DNA from: Felis catus | Lineage: Eukaryota | NCBI RefSeq assembly: GCF_018350175.1 | Contig: NC_058373.1 | Location: 110,424,001 to 110,488,000 of the forward strand | Direction: 5' to 3' | DNA length: 64,000 nucleotides | Part shown: one piece after another, positions 51,947 through 64,000 of the stretch | Position numbering within the stretch: position 1 is the stretch's first letter | Layout: every line of letters begins with the position of its first letter | Program-made: the position numbers and the translations under genes | The notes under the pieces: model-generated | Seen by the model: the letters and a program-made list of their open reading frames with translations, nothing else | Databases searched by the model: none | Told to the model about the DNA's origin: nothing

Positions 51947-54900
51947 CTATTCAGAAAGGGAAAATGTTACTTAAAATCATAATGTTGGTTTTAGAAAATT
52001 CATGACTTTAAATCATTATGGATATTTCAGTTATAACTTATTATACAATAAAATGAAGATTCTCAAATCTCCTGACAGTATATTCCAGTGTTACACTCAT
52101 TTTTTTTTAAGTTTACTTATTTATTTTGAGACAGAAAGCAAGAGTTGGGGAGGGGCAGAGAGAGAGAGGGAGAGAAAGAATCCCAAGCAGGGTCTGCAGT
52201 AACAGCACAGATCCCATGAGCCTGAGATCATGACCTGAGCCAAAATCAAGAGTTGGACTCTCAACTGACTGAGCCACCCAGGCGCCCCGAAGCAGTGTAA
52301 TTTTTTAAACGTTTATTTATTTATTTTGAGAGACAGAGACAGAGGGAGAGAGAGGATCCCAAGCAGTCTCTGTGCTGCTGCCAGCACAGAGCCCACGTGG
52401 GGCTCGATCCCATGAACACTGAGATCATGACCTGAGCCTTTAAATCAAGAGTCAGACCCTTAACCGACTGAGCCACCCAGGGACTCCTGAGCAGCATAAT
52501 TAAACAACAACAACCACAACAACAACAAAAACCATTAAAATGACACATAGGGTTTAGAATAAGCGATTTTATTCTCATCAACATTAAAGTTGTTCAAATC
52601 TTGTTGTGAGAGTAAATCACACCAATAATGAAATCTATGATGCCTAGCAGAAAAGAAATACTTAATGCTTTGGCCATAGACATGTTACTTTATGTTGGTT
52701 GTGAAGGGGAGTGTGTTCAGAGGCCTCTCTCCTAAAAAGCTATGTTTACACCACTTGTTTCCCGGCCTTATCTGTGCTCATCAGTGAAATGGTTGGATAG
52801 GAGAGTCAGGAGAAAGAATGAGGCTTATATTGACTATATATTATTTTAAAGCAAATAAAGGAAAGAAAAGATCATAAAGTTATGAAGAGAAGCAAGAGTG
52901 ATGGCTTGCGAGAGAGGAAGCAACAGAAGACAGCCACAAACTGCTGAGAAAGACCAAAAAGAGATTGGAGAGGCAGAGTGCATGGCTGCTGTCAGGTGAC
53001 TTATTTATCTTTCGGTAGCATTAAAAAAAAATTTTTTTTTTTTATTTTAGGGGCGCCTGGGTGGCTCAGTTGGTTGAGCATCTGACTTTGGCTCAGGTCA
53101 TGATCTCGAGGTTTGTGCATTTGGGCCCCGTGTCAGGCTCTGTGCTGACAGCTCAGAGCCTGGAGCCTGCTTCGGATTCTCTCTCCCTCTCTCTCTGCCG
53201 CTCCACTGCTTGCACTCTGTCTGTCTCTCCCTCTCTCTCAAAAATAAATAAACATTAAAAAAAATTTTAAATAATGAAATAAAATTAAAAATTTTAAATT
53301 TTAGAATGGAGAGCAAGTGGGGGAGGAGGCAGATGGAGAGAGAGAAAGAGAGAGAGACAATCTTAAGCAGGATCCATATTCAGGGGGAAGCCTGATGCAG
53401 GACTTGATCCCATGACCCTGAGATCAAAACTGAGAGTCAGCTGCTCAACTGACTGGTCATTCGGGTGCCCCTTGGTATCATTTTTTAAACCTCTGCTCTT
53501 CTATCTGATAAGTGAAGAAAGTTCACTAGATGGAGAAAATTGAGGTACTGCTAATATTCAGGGGTCAGTTAACTTTTTTTTTTTAATGTTTATGTTAATA
53601 TATAGAGAGAGAGCTCACATGAGTGGGGGGAGGGGCAGAGGGAGAGCAAGAGAGAGAAACCCAAGCAGGCTCCTCACTGTCAGTGCTGAGCCTCACGCAG
53701 GGCTGGATCCCACCAACCGTGAGATCATGACCTGAGCTGAAATCAAGTCAGATGCTTAACTGACATAGCCACCCAGGTGCCCCAGGGGTCAATTAACTTT
53801 TGATTTAACCTAATTTGTTCAAATTTCTTAATAGGCTGTATAAGATCCTTATGAACTAGTAAGAGAGGAGGGAAAAGGGCAAATTAGATGTAACATTATA
53901 GGGGCGCCTGGGTGGTTCAGTCGGTTGAGCGTTCGACTTCAGCTCAGGTCAGGATCTCGCGGTCGGTGAGTTCGAGCCCCACGTCGGGCTCTGGGCTGAT
54001 GGCTCAGAGCCTGGAGCCTGCTTCCGATTCTGTGTCTCCCTCTGTCTCTGTCCCTCCCCCGTTCATGCTCTGTCTCTCTCTGTCTCAAAAATAAATAAAT
54101 GTTAAAAAAAAAATTTTAAAAAAAACTGCAAATGATTCTTCAATTATCTCCATAAAATTTTCTATTTTAAAATTAATAATAATGGGTTCTGACATATTTT
54201 TCCTTAGCAGGAAAATTTACATTGCCTCCACTCACCCCCTCCAGAACTAGCTGTATCTACCAGGTTTCTCCTATTTGCCTTATTACCAAGCTAAAGGAAG
54301 AAAAGCATCTTATCGGCATGAACACAGTCATATTGCCCTCGCAAATAAAAATTTCTATGAAAAATCAAACTAAAAATACTGGCAAAACACACTAAATTTA
54401 TTTTAGGACACCAGGCCTTATTATACATATTAGTAACATTTTTTACAAGTTCTTTAACTCCTGTTTATTACTACAGCAGTGTACCTGACTATGCAAGAGT
54501 TTTAGTCCAATATCACAATGCCTAAATTAGACAATACAATCACCAACTGAATACTTTAATATTCATCACTTCTATATCTGGCTTTTCTTAAATATAGCCC
54601 TTCTTGCACCTGTGTCTCCATTATTGGGCAGAAACACATGATAATGTCCCACAAAGAAATGAAGTTGATTATAACAAAAAAATTTAAATGCATGCAGTGA
54701 AGAGAATAAACTGGCTTATCAAGACAATTGTGTTCCTGTGGAATTAAATAATAGGTTATTGGAAAAGAGAAAGATGACTCATGTTGAAGATATTCTGTTG
54801 AAATCACTGGACTCTTTTTTTTTTAAATAACTTTAGGGGCACCTGGGTAGCTCAGTTGGTTAAGCGTCTGACTTCGGCTCACGTTAAGATCTCAAGGTTC

Positions 54901-56366
54901 CTCATGTGTTTGTGAGCTCAAACCCCACATATGGCTTACTGCTGTCAGCACAGAGCCCGCTTTGGATCCTGTGTCCCCCCCTCTCTCCCTCTCCCTTGCT
55001 TGTGTTTTCTCAAAAATAAATAAATAAATAAGACATTAAAATAACTTTAACACTGGGAAACCATGCAATAACAGTCACCAATTTTTATTAAATTCAGAAA
55101 ATCCCAATAAGTGATACGGAATACTTTTTAATACATATACTATCAAAAACCAAGTCAAAATGATATCTTGTAGAGCCTTTCATATGTGTTTTGATAAATA
55201 GATTAAACATACTTATAGTTACCAATGACTTATGCACATGTAGAGAATTGCTTTTAAAAAGTACTTTGAAAGTCTTGAAAATAACTTACAAATTTTCTTT
55301 AGAGAAGGTTTAAAACCTATGATCTTTTGTTGACAATTTGGTTTAAAAGCCTTCTTTATGAATTAGGCATAGATAAACCTTAATCAACTCCAAATGTGAA
55401 TTATCAAAAATCCCAAGGGGCACCTGGATGGTTCAGTTGGTTAAGTGTCCAGCTTGGGCTCAGGTCAGGATTTCGTAGCTTGTGAGATCCAGCCCTGCGC
55501 CGGGCTCTGTGCTGACAGCTCAGAGCCTGGAGCCTGCTTCAGATTCTGTGTGTCCTCTCTCTGCCCCTGCCCTTCTCATGTTCTGTCCCTCTCTTAAAAA
55601 TAAATAAACACTAAAGAAAAAATTTTTTTAAATCCCTAACTTGTTAAATATTAGTAGTAAGTTATACTGCGGACAAGAACAATAATGCTACCCATACTAA
55701 AACTGCTAAGGTTTTCAGGGATTTGGCATTATGTTTTTCTGTGGGAAAAAAAAAAAGACAAATTAAGAAATCTCTCGAGTGTCATAAAATGGATTGCATT
55801 TATATAAACTCCACCACTTAAATTTAATCTCTATTCACCTCCATATACTAAAAGAGGGAAAAATTTAGAATAAATAGAATTAAAATAAATGTATTTATCT
55901 ATATATCTGTATATTTATTTAAAAAATTTTTTTACATTTATTTATTTTTGAGAGACAGGGTGAGACAAAGTGAGAGTGGGGGAGGGGCAGAGAGAGGGAG
56001 ACACAGAATCTGAAACAGGTTCCAGGCTCTGAGCTGTCAGCACAGAGCCTGATGCGGGGCTTGAACTCACAAACCATGAGATCATGATCTGAGCTGAAGT
56101 CGGACACTTAACCGACTGAGCCACCCAGGTGCCCCTGTATATTTATTTTTTTCATGTTTTTTTAAATTTTATTTTTGAGAGAGAAAGAGAGAGAGACAGA
56201 GCCCCACATGGGGCTTGAACTCACCAACCATGAGATCATGACCTGAGCCAAAGTTGTTCACTTAACCGACTGATCCACCCAGGCACCCCTATGTTTATTT
56301 ATTTTTTAATGTTTATTTATTTTGTGAGAGAGAACGAGCATGCATGAGTGTGAGCAGGGGAAGGAC

Positions 56367-56397
<31 letters not shown>

Positions 56398-58116
56398 ATC
56401 CCAAGCAGGCTCTGCACTGTCAGCGCAGAGCCTGATTGGAGCTCAAACTCACAAACCAACCGTGAGAACACGATCTGAGCCGAAATCAAGAGTTGGACAC
56501 AACCGACAGAAGCCACCCAGGTGCCCCTCTTTATCTATATGTTTCAATAAAACCTGGAGTCAGACTATTGGTAGATGAGATAGCAGAAAAGAAGGCCCAA
56601 GGAATCAGGCCCCTGTTGTAGGTTGAGTTTTGTCTTCTCAAAATTTCACATGTTGAAGTGCTAACCCCTAGTGACTCAGAATGTGACTATATTTGAGGAC
56701 AGGATCTTTAAAGAGGTGATTAAGTTAAAATGAGATCTTTAGGGTAGGCCATAATCCTGTATGACTGATGTTCTTAGAAAGAAGTGAAAATTTAGGGGTG
56801 CTTGGGTGGCTCGGTTGGTTGAGTGTCTGACTTCAGCTCAGCTCATGATCTCATAATTGTGAGTTTGAGCCCCACATAGGGCTCACTGCTGTCAGTACAG
56901 AGTCTGCTTCAGATCCTCTGTTCCTGCCCCAGCTCCCTCCCGGCCCTTGCCCCTCCCCCACTTGCACATGCTCTCTCTCAAAAATAAACATAAAAAAAAA
57001 AAAAAAAAGAAGAGGAAATTTGGTCACAGATACAGAGGGAAAACCTCATAAAGACACAGAGAATAGATGGCTATCTATCTATAAGCCAAGAAAAGAGGCC
57101 TCAGAAGAAATGAACCTTCTCACCACACACACACACACACACACACACAGAGTCATTATGTGAGGTGACAGAGGTATTAACTAACTTTACTGCGATCATC
57201 ATTTTGCAAAATATATGTACATCAAAACATCACAGGAGCACCTGGGTGGCTCAGTTGGTTAAGCGTCTGACTTAGGCTCAGGTCACGATTTCACGGTCTG
57301 TGAGTTCAAGCCCCGTATCAGGCTCTGTGCTGACCGCTCAGAGCCTGGAGCCGGCTTCGGATCCTGTGTCTCCCTCTCTCTCTGCCCCTCCCCCGTTCGT
57401 GCTCTGTCTCTCTCTGTCTCAAAAATAAACATTTAAAAAATTTATAAAAAAAACCACATCACATTGTACATCCCAAACTTACATAATGTTACATGTCAAT
57501 TATGTGGCAATAAATCTGAGAGGAAGAGGAAGAGGGGGAGGAGAAGTAGCAGTTGTAGTATTGGTAGGAGAAGAAGGAGGTGGAGAAGGAGTACTACTAA
57601 TCCTGCTGATACCTTGTCTTAGACTTCCAGCCTCCAGAACTATGAGAAAAATTTTTATTATTTAAGCCATCTAGACTGTGCTCCTTTCTTACGGCAGCCC
57701 TAGCAAACTCATGCACACGCCATATATAGCTACTTACTTGAAAGGCTGGTCAGTGTCCCACAATATAAGCATTCAGAATATTTTACTTGAAGGTAACCAT
57801 AGAGACAGGGCAGGCATAAACAGCCACATCACAGTACCTTAACAATGATAGTGGCCTTTGAGATTCAATCATGGTTATCTGGGAGACTCTCTTGCAACAA
57901 ATAGCCTGAGGGTGCTTGACCTCAACTAAAGAATTCCTATACTCTTGGGGCACCTGGGTGGCGCAGTCAGTTGAGCGCCCAACTTCAGCTCAGGTTATGA
58001 TCTCACAGCTCGTGGGTTCGAGCCCTGCGTAGGGCTCTGTGCTGACAGCTCAGAGCCCGGAGCCTCCTTTGGATTCTGTGTCTCCCTCTTTCTCTGCCCC
58101 TCCCCCGCTCATGCTT

Positions 58117-58158
<42 letters not shown>

Positions 58159-58881
58159 ATAAATACTAAAAAAAAAATTACTACACTCTAGTTCATCACC
58201 TGGTGTTAAGGGAAAAGTCAAGGCATTTTCTACAAATGTGGTTTCTTTCTTTTTCATCTGTTGACGTTACTCAGATGTCTCCTCAAGTATTATATAAGAC
58301 TAGTGGATATTTGACATTTGGTGCTGTTTTAAATAGGAACTCAATCTTTCCATTAAAAAACGCATAATACATGTAATTGATTAGTGTTTTTACATAAATT
58401 TTGAGCATGGCAGTTCCTAGCACGATTTTAACACTACAGCATTCAGTGGTCCACTCAAAAGTATCTAACTATGTACCATCTTCAAAAGGATTTATCTGGT
58501 AAAAAAGCAAACAGATTTGGGTCTAAATTAGTGTTCCTCAGTAATAAGACAGTTCAATATTGAGAAAAAAAAGCACAACTGAGTTATGAATCCCTTATCA
58601 GAATGTTTCTCTCCCTGGTGCACCTGGGTGGCTCAGTTGTTTAGTCTGACTCTTGATTTCTGCTCAGGTCACGATCTCATGGCTCATGAGTCTGAGCCCC
58701 ACTTAGGGCTCCACACTAATAGCACGGAGCCTGCTTGGGATTCTCTCTCCCTCTCTCTCTCTGCCCCGCCTCCACGTGCATTCCCTTCTCTCTCTGTCTC
58801 TCAAAAACAAAAAGTTTCTCTCCTTACTTTTACAGAGGGTACATTTTCCTTTGGCACTTTATTTTCAGATAATCCATATAC

Positions 58882-59010
58882 CTCAGCTAAAAGAGTCTTG
58901 TTTTTCACCAACAAAGCAGTAAGGTCAGGACAGACTGGGTCAGCTGCTCTTTTCTTGTACATCATTGGGTTCTTGGTGGGAACCGTTTTAACAGGTGGAT
59001 CAAAACAAGC
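58882..59010 (-). CDS. TEX21: Coding exon A, 129 nt, phase 0-0: ACFDPPVKTVPTKNPMMYKKRAADPVCPDLTALLVKNKTLLAE
   Basis: Acceptor tttctctttgtag|GCT, donor GAG|gtatat; open frame; resembles the CCDC170 exon 2 end (SELAATLVKFECAQSE). Confidence 0.82.
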
Positions 59011-60005
59011 CTACAAAGAGAAACTGCAAATTAATGAACTGAACATGTGCCCTATTGATCAAAACCAACAATGTTTGAACTCACACAAATGCAATTAAGT
59101 AGCCTTAAACAGATAAAACTTTAAAATATTTATTTTGAGGTGCTGGGATAACAAATGCAATAGGTCTCAGGAAAATAGCAAGTAGCCCATATTATTTATC
59201 TAAATAAATATAATTTCTAAGAGTACAGGAATCAAGACAACACATATGAGATATCTGGGGAAATGTTAAATCACATCCAATAAAACCTTTATAGAGACGT
59301 GAACTATTAGAAAGCCATTGATGAAAGAATTACCAGTATGTATTTGTTTTATTTTTGGTTACAAATCAATTCCTATGCATTTTATTATTATACAAATTGA
59401 TTTTTTTAAATCTGATTTTAGTAAATCAGTGTCAATTTTGTTTTTTCCACACCTATATGGAGGGTAAAACTTAGGGAGTATTTACCTGTATGACAGTATC
59501 TCCTCCTATTGTCAAAAGGGTGTGCAAAGTGTAATTGTAATTAGTACAATTTTTGTTAAGAACAAAGTTTATATGATTCAAATAAAACCAAGAAAAATGT
59601 ATTAACATAAATCTCTAAAAAGCATATAAATCTATCACATGGTGCTTAATGTACTAAAGAACAAAATACATTTTTCTAAAGTTACCAGGTTTTAGAATTT
59701 TATGCTTACCAAGATACTAGAAAACAGAATTGCACAAGAGAATACAACATAACTATGTTTAACTATTTAAAGAAATAAAAAAGGAGCATTTGGCTGGCTC
59801 GGTCGGTAAAGCGTGCATCTCTTGATCTTGGGTTGTGGGTTTGAGCCCCAGGTTGGGTATGGAGATTACTTCAAAACAAAACATTAATAAAAAAATAAGA
59901 AGGCTGCCTGGGTGGCTAAGTCACTTGAGCATCCAGCTCTTGATTTTGGCTCAGGTCATGGTCCTAGGGTTGTGGGATTGAGCCCCACATCAGGCACCAC
60001 TCTGA

Positions 60006-60040
<35 letters not shown>

Positions 60041-60059
60041 GGAATTCGGAAAATATAAA

Positions 60060-62700
60060 TAAGTCATAGGATCACAAAGAATAAATGTCATGGAAAAAAC
60101 AACCAAATAAGATTTCTAGAAATTAAAAGTATAATAATTTTAATTTAAAAATGGAATGGACATGTTAAAAAACAGATTAGGCCTAGTTGAAGAATAAACG
60201 GATCTATAGGAAGGAACAAGAGGACAGCATACAGGAAACAATAAATGGTAAATATAAAAGAGAGTTCAAAGGCACAGAAACAACATGAAGTGGTCTATCA
60301 TATGTCTATTTGGAGTTCAAGAAGTTTATAATTTAAAGAACAGGAAGAGGCATTATTTAAAAACGTAATGTCTGAGAATTTTACAGAATTGTTGAAAGAT
60401 ATCAATCTAAGTGGTCTAGCAGATCCCAAGAAGAGTAAATAAAAAGAATTCCTTACCTACACACTCATAATGAAATTGCAGAACATCAAAGAAATATCTG
60501 AAAAGCAGATAATTAGAAAGGACAGGTAGTTACAAAGAAATAGCTGTTGGACTGGCGAGTGACTTCTCAACAGTAATACAGAAGATTGAAAACTGCAAAA
60601 TGATAGCTAAGAAAAATTTCCACCGATTCTAAGAGACACAACTTGTCAAGTCTCTGCAACTGGGATGCATCTAAAGTTGGTGCCATTTCATATAGTGGGT
60701 AGTTTAGGTGGCAACATTTTTAAACTTTATAATAGTGCATAAAATAGTAGCAATTCTTCAAATCAAGGATATATTGTAACTGGCAGCTAGAATTCTATAC
60801 TGAATGAAATTATGTTTTAATAGGGGGGTAGAATAAAGACATTTTAGAGAAGCAAAAACTGAATTTACCAATATGCCCTCATTTAAGAAAATTCTAAAGG
60901 ATAGATTTCACATAGAAAATTAACTTACAAAGTCTAAAATACAAGCAAGAATAGTAAAAAATAATAGTAAATATGTGGATATATTTAAATAAGCATGAAG
61001 TAATTTTAAAAATAGGATTTAGGGGATTGAAAATAAAGAATAGAACCAATGCAGGACAAAAAAATGCATATACATGGATAGGAGAAAAATAGTTTAAAGC
61101 AGTATAAAATCTTCAGATTTCTCAGGAGTTAACAAAGATTTCAGTTAGCTTTGTTAAGTATATAATGTAATATAGTTAATATAACTACTAAAACTGTAGT
61201 CATATAACTTTTAAACTAGTAGAAAAGGGTGGGGTGCCTGGGTGGCTCAGTCAGTTAAGCAACCGACTTCAGCTCAGGTCATGATCTCACACTCCATGAG
61301 TCCAAGCCCCGTGTCAGGCTCACTGCTGACAGCTCAGAGCCTGGAGCCTGCTTCGGATTCTGTGTCTCCCTCTCTCTCTCCTGCTAATGCTCTGTCTCTC
61401 TCTGTCTCAAAAATAAGTAAAAACATTAAAAAATTTTTTTAAACTGGTAGAAAAGGAAAAAATGGAATGAAAAAATAAATGCAACAAAACAAAAACATAA
61501 TCAGTTTTTGGCACGAGAAGAGGAAGGAAAAGGAAACAGAAATATAATGGGACAACACAGTATGCATAATGTGGGGTGTCTGGGTGGCTCAGTCAGTTAA
61601 GTGTCTGACTTCGGCTCAGGTCATGATCTCATAGTTCTTGAGTTCGTGCCTCATGATGTGCTCTGTGCTGACAGCTCAGAGTCTGCTTCAGCTCCTCTGC
61701 CTCTCTCTCTGCTCCTCTCCGCCTTGCACCCTCTCTCTCTCGAACATAAATAAACATTGAAAAAAATAAAAAAAAAGAATATGCATAATGTAATGACAGA
61801 TATACATCCAAATAGTCAGTAATATCTATAAATGTAAATGAACTAATCCTTCTACTTAAAAGCAAAGATTATCGACATTAGTTGAAGCAAAAAACTGAAA
61901 AACCGTATGACAACTAAGAGTTTAATAGGTAAATAATAGGTAAATAATTTATTTCATACAACAAAATACTGCATAATGATGGAAATTAATTTTTCATTTA
62001 TTATCTTTTTATTTTAGAGAGAGAGAGCACACACAAACAGGGGAGAGGGGCAGAGAAAGAGAGAATCTTTTTTTTAAAGTTTATTTATTTTGAGAGATAG
62101 AGAAAAGAGAGAGAGAGAGAACCAGCAGGGGAGGGGCAGAGAAAGAGGGAGACAGAGGATACAAAGTAAGTTCTGAGCTGTCGGCACAGAGCCCAACATG
62201 GGGCTTAAACTCACAAACCTTGACATCATGACCTGAGCTATAAAGTCTGATGTTTAACTGACTGGAGCCACCCAGGTGCCCCGAGAAAGAGAGAATCTCT
62301 TTGATGCAGGGCTGGATCCCATGACCCTGGGATCATGACCTGAGCTAAAATCAAGAGTCAGGTGCTCAACTGATTGAGCCACCCAGACACCCCAAAATTA
62401 TTAATAACTGTAGTAATTATTAATAACTGCATCAATACAAACAAAGCAAAAGAAGTAACAAAAGAAAGCAGTATAATTCAATTCAAATCAACTTTCAAAA
62501 CCGATAAAAATATGGATTAGGGATACATGTATGGGTGATTAACTAGGAAAAGAAACAAGGAATGACAGATGCAAAATTCAAAACATCTACTACTTTGAGG
62601 TTTAGGTGGGAGGAAAGGGATTTAGTTAGGAAGGGGCACACAGGAAGCGGATAAGGCAGTGTTCTGTGAAACTAGGGAGTAAGTTCATAGGTATTTGAAC
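60060..62700 (+). mobile_element. Highly decayed L1M fragments with SINE insertions
   Basis: A-rich ORF1-like motifs (gacttctcaacag, ctagaattctatac). Confidence 0.6.
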
Positions 62701-64000
62701 TTACTTATTTGAAGATAGGTATCTCTTTTTTTTTTTTTAGGTTTTTTTATTTTGTTTTTGTTTTTGTTTTTTTTTAGATCCTTATTTATTTTTGAGACAG
62801 AGCATGAGCAGGGAAGGGGCAGAGAGAAAGACACACAGAATCCGAAGCAGGTTCCAGGCTCTGACTTGTCAGCACAGAGCCCGACGCGGGGCCCAACTCA
62901 CAAACCATGAAATCATGACCTGAGCCGAAGTTAGACACTTAACCAACTGAGCTACCCAGGTGTCCCAGTCTTTTTATTCCCTTTTAAGACTAAAGCTAAT
63001 ATAGTTAGCTTTCAGGATTTAAGAAAGTCATGTACAAAAAATAAGCATTAGGGTGCCTGGGTGGCTCAGTCGGTTAAGCGGCCGACTTCGGCCCAGGTCA
63101 TGATCTCGTGGTCCGTGAGTTTGAGCCCCGTGTCAGGCTCTGTGCTGACAGCTCAGAGCCTGGAGCCTGTTTCAGATTCTGTGTCTCCCTCTCTGTGACC
63201 CTCCCCCGTTCATGCTTTGTCTCTCTCTGTCTCAAAAATAAATAAACACTAAAAAAAATTTTTTTTTAAAAACAAAAAACAAAAAATAAGCATTATTTTT
63301 CCTTGCAATATCACTGAGACTTAAAACACCAATAATAGGGGCGCCTGGGTGGCTCAGTCGGTTAAGCATCCGACTTCGGCTCAGGTCATGATCTCGCGGT
63401 CCGTGGGTTTGAGCCCCACGTCGGGCTCTGTGCTGACAGCTCAGAGCATGCAGCCTGTTTCAGATTCTGTGTCTCCCTCTCTCTGACCCTCCCCCATTCA
63501 TGCTTTGTCTCTCTCTGTCTCAAAAAATAAATAAACATTAAAAAAAATTAAAATAAAATAAAATAAAATAAAACAACAATAATAAAAATAAAAATAACTA
63601 TTATTTCCAGTTAGGCTTTTGGTTCATAAAAATAAGCAATATACAACTTACAATTTATTTTTTGTATATAGTTCTTTCAAATACAGTTTGAAAACTTTTT
63701 ATTTCATAGTTTAAAAGATATGGATAAGGAGGCATGCCATAAAAGAATACGCAACTGCGGCTTGTATATATACAGAAATTAAAATATATAAAAAATGTGA
63801 TATATTAATTTGTGATGAAATTCTATGCAGCAGTTAACGTTCACAGACTAAACTAATGTGAATCAAAAAGAACAACTTTCAAAAACATAAGACTGATGGG
63901 GCGCCGGGGTGGCTCAGTCGGTTAAGCGTCCGACTTCAGCTCAGGTCATGATCTCGCGGTCCATGAGCTCGAGCCCCGCGTCAGGCTCTGTGCTGACAGC

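Larger units (their letters stand above)
25790..59010 (-). other. TEX21: Multi-exon gene for a CCDC170-paralogous coiled-coil protein (probable TEX21); 5' end not located
   Basis: Eight exons with canonical AG/GT, consistent phases and 1644 nt spliced (547 aa + TAA). The peptides align by eye to human CCDC170 as I remember it (e.g. LRNLQNKLFIKETSLQEMKSELESYKRNN vs LQDLRSKMLSKEVSCQELKAEMESYKENN; LTDFRETIMKMLG vs LADFREVVSQMLG). Identity is too low for an ortholog. The name comes from recalled ESR2-TEX21-MTHFD1 synteny. Confidence 0.78.
50988..64000. repeat. Can-SINE-dense region (more than 25 copies in both orientations)
   Basis: Repeated GGGGC(G/A)CCTGGGTGGCTCAG heads and reverse complements; most short ORFs in the track here are SINE translations. 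Confidence 0.93.

Noticed and set aside
25902..59010. Calling the gene CCDC170 itself
   Set aside because: Similarity to recalled human CCDC170 is far below ortholog level, two exons are absent, and the neighbour resembles ESR2 rather than ESR1.
3330..61865. Many recurring 60-100 aa ORFs (MAQSVKRPTSAQVMIS..., MGQRETEHERGRGRER...)
   Set aside because: They are translations of Can-SINE copies, not genes.
1..64000. CRISPR arrays, operons or other prokaryote-type systems
   Set aside because: The sequence is mammalian; the repeats are dispersed retroelements and microsatellites.

Overview
Mammalian genomic DNA from a felid, shown by dozens of Felidae-type tRNA-derived Can-SINEs; most of the window is SINE, L1, L2, LTR and DNA-transposon remnants. 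I assembled eight minus-strand coding exons by hand (59010-58882, 51946-51690, 40643-40508, 39024-38710, 37525-37325, 30843-30616, 29327-29112, 26063-25902). All have GT-AG boundaries and matching phases, and they splice into one uninterrupted 547-codon coiled-coil ORF homologous to CCDC170. From recalled synteny this is most likely TEX21, which is a pseudogene (TEX21P) in human; its first exon was not located. About 6 kb downstream is a CpG-island promoter (~18850-19760). Its minus-strand flank matches my recollection of the untranslated exon 0K of ESR2 (estrogen receptor beta), so bases 1-18.7 kb are probably ESR2 5'-UTR intron. Other notable items are a 36-nt U2 snRNA retrocopy with a 17-bp TSD, two young solo LTRs with perfect TSDs, a 5'-intact but probably chimeric L1, an atypical GTTAAGT donor, an in-frame alternative donor, a frame-preserving 7+20-nt microexon candidate pair and a C39 tract. 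Gene names rest on remembered sequences and synteny, not on database searches.
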